This document shows positions 23,540 to 31,044 of a stretch of DNA of 38,358 bases, piece by piece. Under the pieces are notes generated by a model. The model was not told the DNA's origin, ran no database searches, and was given only the letters and a program-made list of their open reading frames with translations. The stretch is from a virus (Duplodnaviria > Caudoviricetes), in the IMG/VR virus record IMGVR_UViG_3300037047_000317, positions 1 to 38,358 of that record; one strand, 5' to 3'. Every line of letters begins with the position of its first letter. Position 1 is the first letter of the stretch. Made by a program: the position numbers and the translations under genes.

Positions 23540-25854
23540 AAATCCCGCTCTCTGGCTTGCGCGGTCAGGCGCTGCGGGAGGCGGCGCCTGACTTGAAGCG
23601 GACCATCGATATGGTTCGGCGTGCGCTGGACAAGGTGGTGAATGCCACTTTGCCGCCCGGCGAGCAGCGCTGGTTCGACCTCGACGCTGTTTATGCCGAC
23701 TCGGCGGTGATCTACGTCGATGGCCGTTATTGGTCCTACCCCTATTCCCTGGTTGATGGCGTTGTTTCGATTGGCGAGCCGACCGAAGTGGTCGAAACGT
23801 TCGTGCCAATGAAAGAGGCCGCTGCCGGTGACGAGCTGCGCATGGTCGAGGCGGATGGCCAGGTGGCTGGCACGGTGTGGGAGGCCACGCTGATCTGCGC
23901 CGGCCCTAGCCTGAATAATGTTTTCTACAGCGATGCCCTGTTGCGTGAGGCTGTGCCGTTGTTCTCCAGCGCGCGTATTTGCCTGAAGAGCGATGTCGAG
24001 CACATCAAGGGCGGCGGGCCGGATCTGCGCAACGTGGTCGGCTGGATCGATGAGGCGCGCTTCGTCGAAGGCGCTGTGCCGGATACCGGTCGACTTGTTG
24101 GCACCTTGAATCTCTCTGGTTTGCCCGATCACACCCGTTCGTTGCTGGTGGCTGCTGTTGCTGCTGGCAAGCAGGATATTGCCGGCTTGTCGATCGACGC
24201 TGTCGGCAAGGGATCGATGCGCGTGATGGAGGGCAAGCGCATGAAGGTGCCGGCGCGCCTGGAGCGTGTGATTTCAGTTGATCTGATTGTCGAGCCGGGG
24301 GCCGGGGGCCGCCTGATTCGACTCGTCGAAGCTGCCCCCTCATCCGATGGAGATCCTGATATGAAATTGCGTGAAAAAATGCTCCGCCTGATCGAGGCGA
24401 AGAACCCGGCCGCTTACGCCAAGATCGATCCGGAGAAGATTTCCGACGACGATCTGGAAACGGCTTATCGCGAGGCAGTTGCCCTGGATGTTGTGCCGCC
24501 TGCAGACACGAAACCGGCCGCAACTGGTACCGACCTGGCTGCCGAGCTGAACGAGCGCTTGCGCATGATCGAGGCGCGTGCCAACGCTCGCTCGACCATT
24601 GCTGCCTGCAACTTGCCGCAGCCGGCCAAGGACAAGCTGGAGCGTGAATTCGCTGTGCGCGAGTCTTTCGTCGATGCAGATGTTACGGCGGCGATCACTG
24701 CCGAGCGTGAGTACCTGGCGCGCTATACCGAGTCTGGCCATGTGCGCCTGGGTGGTTTCCCGGACGTGCGCGTTGAAGATCGCTCGGCGGTGGTCGTATC
24801 GATGCTCGATGCGTTCTTTGATGATAAACACAAGGATCATCGCGATGTGCAGTCGTTCAAGGAATGCTATATCGCCATCACCGGCGATCAGCGTGTGACT
24901 GGCCGCCTGGAAAACTGCGACATGAGCCGCCTGCGCGAATCGGTGGGCATGAACCTGCGCGAGGCGACGGTGGATTCGACGACCTTTGCCCAGGTGCTGG
25001 GTGATGCCATCACCCGCCGTGCGCTGGCCGATTACCGCATCCAGAATGCGCACGATGCGTGGCGCTTGATTGCCAACGTGGTGCCTGTGACCGACTTCCG
25101 CACGCAGCACCGCACGCGCTGGGGTGGCTACTCCGACCTGCCGGATGTTGCGGAAGGCGCTGATTACCAGGACGGCACGGTGCCGGATGACGAAGAGGCC
25201 ACGTACAAGGCAGCGAAGAAGGGCCGTTTGTCGACGGTGACGCTGGAGGCGATCAAGAACGACGATGTGGGCATGCTGCGCCAGATCCCGACGAAATTGT
25301 CGAGCGCGGCCAAGCGCACGTTGTCGAAGTTCGCCTTCGATTTCCTCCGCACGAACCCGGTGATCTACGACGGCAAGGCGCTGTTTCACGTCGACCATGG
25401 CAACCTGGGCACTGCGGCGCTGTCGGCCGATGCCTGGAAGGTGCGCCGCCTGGCAATGATGCAGCAGCAGGAAATGGGCTCTAATGAGCGCCTTTCCATT
25501 CCGCCGCGTTACCTGCTGGTGCCGAGCGAGCTCGAGGAGCTGGCGTACGAGATGTTCAAGAACCGTGGCACGAACAATGACCCGACGTTCGTGATGAGCA
25601 CGGCGCCGACGGTTGTGCCGGTGTGGTACTGGACGGATGCGACCGACTGGGTTGTTGCTGCGGACAAGTCCGACATTCCGTCGATCGAGCTGGGCTTCCT
25701 GGACGGCCGTGAGGAGCCGGAGATCTTCGTCCAGGACACGCCGTCGGTGGGCAGCATGTTCGCCAGCGACAAGCTGACGTACAAGATTCGCCATGTGTAC
25801 GGCGGCGCGGTGACCGACTATCGCGGCCTCGCAAAGAACGTGGTGGCGGGTTAA
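23536..25854 (+). CDS. Fused prohead protease - scaffold - major capsid protein (C-terminal Mu gpT-like/HK97 fold)
   Basis: Protease-like H...GW...GLSID...SVDLIVEPGAGG; helical scaffold; capsid segments IKNDDVG, DGKALFHVDHGNL, PRYLLVPSELE, YKIRHVYG. Confidence 0.88.
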   Translation: MKIPLSGLRGQALREAAPDLKRTIDMVRRALDKVVNATLPPGEQRWFDLDAVYADSAVIYVDGRYWSYPYSLVDGVVSIGEPTEVVETFVPMKEAAAGDELRMVEADGQVAGTVWEATLICAGPSLNNVFYSDALLREAVPLFSSARICLKSDVEHIKGGGPDLRNVVGWIDEARFVEGAVPDTGRLVGTLNLSGLPDHTRSLLVAAVAAGKQDIAGLSIDAVGKGSMRVMEGKRMKVPARLERVISVDLIVEPGAGGRLIRLVEAAPSSDGDPDMKLREKMLRLIEAKNPAAYAKIDPEKISDDDLETAYREAVALDVVPPADTKPAATGTDLAAELNERLRMIEARANARSTIAACNLPQPAKDKLEREFAVRESFVDADVTAAITAEREYLARYTESGHVRLGGFPDVRVEDRSAVVVSMLDAFFDDKHKDHRDVQSFKECYIAITGDQRVTGRLENCDMSRLRESVGMNLREATVDSTTFAQVLGDAITRRALADYRIQNAHDAWRLIANVVPVTDFRTQHRTRWGGYSDLPDVAEGADYQDGTVPDDEEATYKAAKKGRLSTVTLEAIKNDDVGMLRQIPTKLSSAAKRTLSKFAFDFLRTNPVIYDGKALFHVDHGNLGTAALSADAWKVRRLAMMQQQEMGSNERLSIPPRYLLVPSELEELAYEMFKNRGTNNDPTFVMSTAPTVVPVWYWTDATDWVVAADKSDIPSIELGFLDGREEPEIFVQDTPSVGSMFASDKLTYKIRHVYGGAVTDYRGLAKNVVAG

Positions 25855-25857
25855 GCC

Positions 25858-26514
25858 GTGTTGGCCGATCTGCTGGCTCTGGTGGATGCGCTGGTGCGCG
25901 ATGAGTCTGATCGCCTTACGGCGGGTGACAAGTCGTCGGCACTGGAGCTGGCAATTTCCCGCTATTCCAGCGATCGGCCACGCCACCTGGTTGAGGATGT
26001 GGTGAGTGCCGGCGGCGACACGTTGCCGCTGCCGGCCGGCTGGGAGGGTGAGTCGGCGCTGGTGTCGATCGAGTATCCGATCGGCCAGCGACCGATATGC
26101 CTGCTGCCAGCGTCGATTTATACGGCCCCGGCCGGGCGCTTGCTGCGGTTGGGTGATGCGTTGCCGGTGGGCGCGGATGCACGTTGTACTTTTACGGCAC
26201 GGCATGTTGTTTCAGAGCTGACCGATACCGTGCTTGTCAGCCATCGCGAGGGGGTTGCTGCTTATGCGGCAGCGTTGCTCCTCGAGGAGCTGTCGGCAGC
26301 GGCGATCAACGATGGTGATTCGACCATCAGCGCCGATACGACTGACCGGCGTACGAAGGCCCAGGAATATGCGTCGCGCGCCCGGGCGCTGAAGACGCGC
26401 TATGCCGATGCGGTGGGGTTGTCCAAGGATGGTGCGCCGCCGTCTGCCAGCGGGGTGTCTGTGGCCTGGGGTGGTCGCCAGCGTTTGACCAACGGGATCC
26501 GCCGTGGCCGATGA
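25858..26514 (+). CDS. Putative head-tail adaptor/neck protein
   Basis: 218 aa directly after the capsid gene; function by position only. Confidence 0.6.
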   Translation: MLADLLALVDALVRDESDRLTAGDKSSALELAISRYSSDRPRHLVEDVVSAGGDTLPLPAGWEGESALVSIEYPIGQRPICLLPASIYTAPAGRLLRLGDALPVGADARCTFTARHVVSELTDTVLVSHREGVAAYAAALLLEELSAAAINDGDSTISADTTDRRTKAQEYASRARALKTRYADAVGLSKDGAPPSASGVSVAWGGRQRLTNGIRRGR

Positions 26515-27067
26515 TGCGATCCAGATCGGGTTCCCGAATATCGCCGAGCTGACGGCGGCGTTTGATCGGGCGCCTGGTGTTGTTGATGAGGAGATGGGCG
26601 TTTTCTTCGCGCGGATCCTGCCGCACCTGGAAGCGGAGGTGATCGACCGGACGCCGGCGGCTGAGGGCAGCTTGCGCAGCAGTATCGTGAGCCGCCGCGA
26701 GATCTCGCCGGGATCGATCCTGGGCGTTGTCGGTACTGCACTGGGCTACGCGCCGGCTGTTGAGCACGGCACCAAGCCTCACCCAGTGAGTGAGGAAGGC
26801 ATCTTGCGTCTGGCTGAGTGGGCGAAGCGCAAGCTGCCGCTCGGCCAGTCTGTTTCGGTCAAGACAGGTCGACCGCTGAAGGTGAAGGGGCTCGATGAGC
26901 TGGCGCTGTCAGCGGCGCATGCGATTGCCTGGAAGATCCGGCATCACGGGACGAAGGGTGCCGGGATGTTTGCCGCAGCGTTTGCCGCAAACCGTGACCG
27001 CATCCTGGGTGAGTACGAGACAGCCTGGCGGCGGATCATTCAACGGATTGAGGCGGGTGCAGCATGA
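26504..27067 (+). CDS. HK97 gp10-like tail-completion/neck protein
   Basis: TP...GSLRSSI...YAPAVEHGT...HGTKGAGMF motif. Confidence 0.75.
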   Translation: MADDAIQIGFPNIAELTAAFDRAPGVVDEEMGVFFARILPHLEAEVIDRTPAAEGSLRSSIVSRREISPGSILGVVGTALGYAPAVEHGTKPHPVSEEGILRLAEWAKRKLPLGQSVSVKTGRPLKVKGLDELALSAAHAIAWKIRHHGTKGAGMFAAAFAANRDRILGEYETAWRRIIQRIEAGAA

Positions 27068-27537
27068 GCGAGAACAGGACGATTCGCGCGGCGATAGCGG
27101 CTTTCTTGTCTGCGGTGCCTGGCGCTGGCCAGGTGCATCAGTACGAGCGCTATGCGAAGGATGACAAGGCGTTCAAGCAGTTCTACGCCAATCCCGATGA
27201 TGTGTTGCAGGGGTGGCATATCCGCCGGGTCGCCCGGGTTGAGGGCTCGGATATCGGCGAGGTTCGCACGACCTGGGAGATTCGGGGTTTTCGGGCGATC
27301 AACGATGGTGATGCGAGCGAGCTGGCGTTTGACGACCTGATCGACCTGGTAACTGCTGCGTATCGCGATGACCCGACGATGGATGGCGCCGTGCTGTGGC
27401 CGACAAAGGATGACCCATGGGCGCCGGAGCTTGTTGATAGCGGCCCGGCGATTTTTGCTGGCGTGTTGTGTCACTGCGCAAAGCTGCGCCTGGTGACCCG
27501 GCATGTGATCGATGACGCCCCGCAGCCGGGGTATTGA
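27064..27537 (+). CDS. Putative tail terminator protein
   Basis: 157 aa, ATGA-coupled; position after the gp10-like gene; FAGVLCHCAKL C-terminus. Confidence 0.6.
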   Translation: MSENRTIRAAIAAFLSAVPGAGQVHQYERYAKDDKAFKQFYANPDDVLQGWHIRRVARVEGSDIGEVRTTWEIRGFRAINDGDASELAFDDLIDLVTAAYRDDPTMDGAVLWPTKDDPWAPELVDSGPAIFAGVLCHCAKLRLVTRHVIDDAPQPGY

Positions 27538-27546
27538 GGAGGAAGC

Positions 27547-27942
27547 ATGGAAGTTATCCAGGGGTTAAAGGTCGGCGAAAGCACGGTCTTTTTGCCGATC
27601 GCGGTGGATGAGATCGGCCGGCTGGTGGTTGTGGTTGGCGCCGGTGGGTTGCCTGTCGTTGTCCAGGGCAGCGGCCGAACCTGCGTCGGCCGCCAGACCC
27701 TTAATGTCACGACCGGCGCAGTCGTCACGCTGGCACCGCCGGCCGGTGCGGTTGCTGCAATGATCCAGGCGGACGGTTCGGCTGTTTCGATGACCCTCGA
27801 CGGTACCGCGCCGACCGCTACTATCGGCACGCGGATCGACGACGGGGGGATCATGAATATCGACAGCGTGCTGTCGGCTGTGCGACTGATCGCCCGCAGC
27901 GCGACCACGAACGTGCAAGTCGCCTACTTCGACAAGGCCTGA
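27547..27942 (+). CDS. Hypothetical beta-rich virion protein
   Basis: 131 aa, GAGGAGG RBS. Confidence 0.7.
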   Translation: MEVIQGLKVGESTVFLPIAVDEIGRLVVVVGAGGLPVVVQGSGRTCVGRQTLNVTTGAVVTLAPPAGAVAAMIQADGSAVSMTLDGTAPTATIGTRIDDGGIMNIDSVLSAVRLIARSATTNVQVAYFDKA

Positions 27943-27944
27943 TC

Positions 27945-29090
27945 ATGCTGCGACCGCTGGAACGGATGCGCGTAATCAAGCGCCCGGGCGACGTGCCAAC
28001 GCTTCACGCCCGCGTCCGCAGCATCCTGCGCAAATACGATGCCACGCTGCTCCTGCCGGGGCCGTCGGGCGTCCAGCAATATGGATTCCAGCCCGGCAAC
28101 TACCGCGAGAGCATAGGACAGACGCTCGCTGCTGTTGATCAGCAAGTCGGGCTGGCGCTGGATGCTGCGCGGAGTCCGGGGCCGGAGTTGGTGGTTAATG
28201 GAGGGTTTGATACGGACCTTGAGAACTGGTCGTATACATCAGGAGAAACGGGATGGTCGTGGTCAGATGGCCGCGCCGTGTTGACTAATTCGTCCGCTCC
28301 GCAGACTCTGCGTCAAACAATTATGACGCTAGGTGTTACATACGGAGTCGGGTTTGATGTGTCATCTGTGGGAGGGACAATCGGATTCGAGAACGGAATA
28401 GGTCAAATCGTTGCCGGCGGCACATCGGGGCGAATTAGCACCGTATGGCTATGTGACCGTGTGCAGCTATCGTTTAAGAGAGCAGGCGGCACTGTCAGTG
28501 GTTGGATTGACAATATCTCCGTCCGCGAAATCCCAGGCATCCAAGGCAGCCAGTCGACAAGCGGCTTCCAGCCTGTGCTGCGGCAAGCAGCCGGCGTGAA
28601 TTCGTGGCAGTTCGACGGGGTGGATGATCGGCTATCGTTGTCGGCCGTGCCCTTCGAGACAACCGACGCGTATTTCCGCGTCAGTGGCGTCACTCGCAAC
28701 TCTGACTCGACACTGCGGCGGGTCTGGCAGACGCAAAATGACTCAGGCAGCGAGTTGCTGGTGTGGCTGAACAGCAATGGCTGCACGTATAGCGCCACAG
28801 GAGCGCCGGCCTTGACGGCACCGATGCCACAAAGCCTTGGTGTTGTGACTGTCCGTCGAAGCACTGCCGGCGCTAGAGTGTTACGCATTGACGGACAAGA
28901 GGTCGGCGCAAACAGCGCAGCAGTCACGCCCTTCGCAGCAACATCATCGCTTGTGGGGAATCGCGCTGCGGGAGATAGGCCGTATTCAGGGATGTTCTAT
29001 GGCGAGATATTCGGTAAAGGCGCGATCACCGACAGCGAACTCCTGACGCTTGAACGCTTCATGGCGCGGCTGCAAGGGAGAACTTTATGA
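27945..29090 (+). CDS. Putative virion-associated carbohydrate-binding protein (CBM-like plus LamG/ConA-like)
   Basis: ELVVNGGFDTD...WIDNISVRE (CBM-like); FDGVDDRL...LRIDGQ...YSG.FYGEI...LERFM (LamG-like). Confidence 0.65.
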   Translation: MLRPLERMRVIKRPGDVPTLHARVRSILRKYDATLLLPGPSGVQQYGFQPGNYRESIGQTLAAVDQQVGLALDAARSPGPELVVNGGFDTDLENWSYTSGETGWSWSDGRAVLTNSSAPQTLRQTIMTLGVTYGVGFDVSSVGGTIGFENGIGQIVAGGTSGRISTVWLCDRVQLSFKRAGGTVSGWIDNISVREIPGIQGSQSTSGFQPVLRQAAGVNSWQFDGVDDRLSLSAVPFETTDAYFRVSGVTRNSDSTLRRVWQTQNDSGSELLVWLNSNGCTYSATGAPALTAPMPQSLGVVTVRRSTAGARVLRIDGQEVGANSAAVTPFAATSSLVGNRAAGDRPYSGMFYGEIFGKGAITDSELLTLERFMARLQGRTL

Positions 29091-29398
29091 AGCGCATCAA
29101 GCTGACCGTGCCAGCCGAAGTGCTGATGACCGCAAAGCTGGCATCGCAAGCGATGGACCCGGATGTTGGCGGCTATCACGCATTCGAGGCGCCGGATGAA
29201 GCTACCGGCCTCTACAGCTACACCGTCAATGTCTCCGATGAGTACCTGCAGGCCTTCGATGTATTCAAAGACTACCCGGCGTACCTCCAACAATCCATCG
29301 CGCTCGACTTCGAGACGCGGTTCCCGGATGCGGAGCCGCCGACGCTGGCCGACTGCGAGGCTTTCACCGCTGCACTGGTCATCGAGGTGGTCGAGTGA
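29087..29398 (+). CDS. Hypothetical acidic protein (possible chaperone of the preceding protein)
   Basis: 103 aa, ATGA-coupled. Confidence 0.65.
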   Translation: MKRIKLTVPAEVLMTAKLASQAMDPDVGGYHAFEAPDEATGLYSYTVNVSDEYLQAFDVFKDYPAYLQQSIALDFETRFPDAEPPTLADCEAFTAALVIEVVE

Positions 29399-29568
29399 TG
29401 GACACCCCTCTGGTCGCGTTCGTTGCCGGGTTTGCGGTTTGTGCAATTGGCATTGGTACGGCGCTGGTGTTCGATATCACGCTGACGTGTGTGACAAACT
29501 GGTGGCGCCGAGTTGTTTACCCACGAAATGTCGAGCCACCGAGCCACCCGGGTAGCCGTGGGCTTTGA
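29398..29568 (+). CDS. Small membrane protein (56 aa; not in the ORF track)
   Basis: TGATG coupling; MDTPLVAFVAGFAVCAIGIGTALVFDITLTCVTNWWRR..., one TM helix followed by basic residues. Confidence 0.5.
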   Translation: MDTPLVAFVAGFAVCAIGIGTALVFDITLTCVTNWWRRVVYPRNVEPPSHPGSRGL

Positions 29569-29729
29569 TTATCTGCTTCCAGTCTGTCTAGCTCTGCAGC
29601 CAGAACGATGCGGTCCTCGTTTGGCAGGGGAGACGCCAGGCGGGCGTTGATGACTTTGATGAACTCCGGGTACATCGCCGGCTCGGCAGCACGGCTGAGA
29701 TTGAGCAGGGATTTCGTTTCGTTCAGCAT
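29517..29729 (-). CDS. Hypothetical protein oriented against the late operon
   Basis: 70 aa with a strong AGGAG RBS; fills the gap before late promoter 3. Confidence 0.65.
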   Translation of the reverse strand: MLNETKSLLNLSRAAEPAMYPEFIKVINARLASPLPNEDRIVLAAELDRLEADNQSPRLPGWLGGSTFRG

Positions 29730-29778
29730 GGGTTACTCCTGATTCGAGGGAGTTGGATTGTGGCATCACGACCTGATA

Positions 29779-29824
29779 TCCGTACCCCTACCCCCTGCGA
29801 ACACAGCTGTTGAGATGGAAAACT
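29779..29824 (+). promoter_or_regulatory. Late promoter 3 (tail operon) with activator box
   Basis: TCCGTACCCCTACCCCCTGC (29779-29798), 20 nt, AAAACT. Confidence 0.75.
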
Positions 29825-29861
29825 GTGGGTGTCTTCACATCGGCACCTTCGGAGGTTTTCC

Positions 29862-30626
29862 ATGGCCACAAAGAGTACTACCGTTCGTTTGGCTGGCGCG
29901 ATCAAGCTGGCGCCGGTTCAAACCAACGCATTCAAGGATTTCGTCAATTCGACCACGATCGACCAGGCGCTGGAGATCGAGGAAATCAAGGTCGAAAATG
30001 CTGCCGGTGGTGGCGGTAACGACGATATCGACCGGCGCGTTCAGTCGCTGAAGCTGACTGTTGCCGCGCGTCGCGTTTCAGCCGAGGTGCTGGAGATCGC
30101 ACTGGGTGGGCCGGTGACGAAGGTCGCTACCGGCGCCGTGGCGGCCGAAGTGCACACGGTGGCTGCGCTGGATGCCGAGATCCTGCTCGACAATCTGCAG
30201 GACAATTCGGTTGCGCTGGTTGTCACGCCTGTCGTCGCTGAGGGCGCTCCGGCGCCGGACCCGTACGTCCTCGGCGAGGATTATGAGCGTACTCGCATCG
30301 GTATTCGCCCGCTGACCGGCGGCGCAATCGCCATCGATGACGAAATCAGCATTGCTTACACCAAGGCGCCGCACTTGCGCATTGAAGCGATGTTGCGCAT
30401 GGCGCAAGAGCGGGCGGTGCTGGTCGACGGCAAGAATGAGCGCACTGGCGCGCCCTGGGTGGGCATGTACCACCGCGTTTCGTTCCCGCCGGCGAAAAAT
30501 CTCAAGTGGTACGACGGCAACCAGTTTGCTTCATTCGACCTCGAGGCCGAAGTGCTGATCGCCGACTGGATCACCGGTGACAACCTGAGCCGCATGGTCA
30601 AGGTGCTGGTCGGGGATGATCTCTGA
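29862..30626 (+). CDS. Major tail tube protein
   Basis: GGAGG RBS; 254 aa before the chaperone and tape measure; DGKNE.TG...HRVSFPPA...F.LEAEVL pattern. Confidence 0.8.
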   Translation: MATKSTTVRLAGAIKLAPVQTNAFKDFVNSTTIDQALEIEEIKVENAAGGGGNDDIDRRVQSLKLTVAARRVSAEVLEIALGGPVTKVATGAVAAEVHTVAALDAEILLDNLQDNSVALVVTPVVAEGAPAPDPYVLGEDYERTRIGIRPLTGGAIAIDDEISIAYTKAPHLRIEAMLRMAQERAVLVDGKNERTGAPWVGMYHRVSFPPAKNLKWYDGNQFASFDLEAEVLIADWITGDNLSRMVKVLVGDDL

Positions 30627-30958
30627 TGCGCGCTGTGCGGATGTTTGATCTGGATGGTCGCCAGGTGCAGATAAAGGAGCTGACGCTTGGCGAAATACGA
30701 GAGTGGGTCGCGCTGGCAGCAAGCCAGTCGGATGGCTTTGATGTCGTCGACGCGCTGCTGTTTGATGATTTTGAGATGCCCGCGCTGCTGCGCATGACCG
30801 ACTTGTCGCCATCGGAACTGTCTGACTGCACGCCGACCGATTTGCGGCGAATTGTTGCTGTGTGCAGAGAGGTTAACGCCGATTTTTTCGCGATGCGGGA
30901 ACGGATGGCCCGGGAGATGCGGTCGCTGTTCTCGCAGACATCGAGCGCACCGGGTTGA
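30626..30958 (+). CDS. Tail assembly chaperone (G)
   Basis: IKELTLGEIREW...REVNADFF; lies between tail tube and tape measure. Confidence 0.8.
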   Translation: MRAVRMFDLDGRQVQIKELTLGEIREWVALAASQSDGFDVVDALLFDDFEMPALLRMTDLSPSELSDCTPTDLRRIVAVCREVNADFFAMRERMAREMRSLFSQTSSAPG

Positions 30959-31044
30959 TTCTGGCCGCCGCCGGCCACGGTATGGTGTGGCTGTATCCAT
31001 TGAGTATGGTCCGTCGAGCAATTGATCTATTGAGCGAGCAATGA
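30883..31044 (+). other. Programmed -1 frameshift site and GT-chaperone extension
   Basis: Slippery heptamer T TTT TTC (30883-30889) in the correct phase. The -1 frame is open to TGA 31044 (...AAAGHGMVWLYPL...) and overlaps the tape-measure ATG. Confidence 0.78.

Noticed and set aside
24340-26205. Long opposite-strand ORFs (24340-26205, 16195-17571, 3965-4885, 11419-12399, 14107-15159 and similar)
   Set aside because: Antisense shadows of GC-rich genes with clear motifs on the other strand; no RBS or domain signal of their own.
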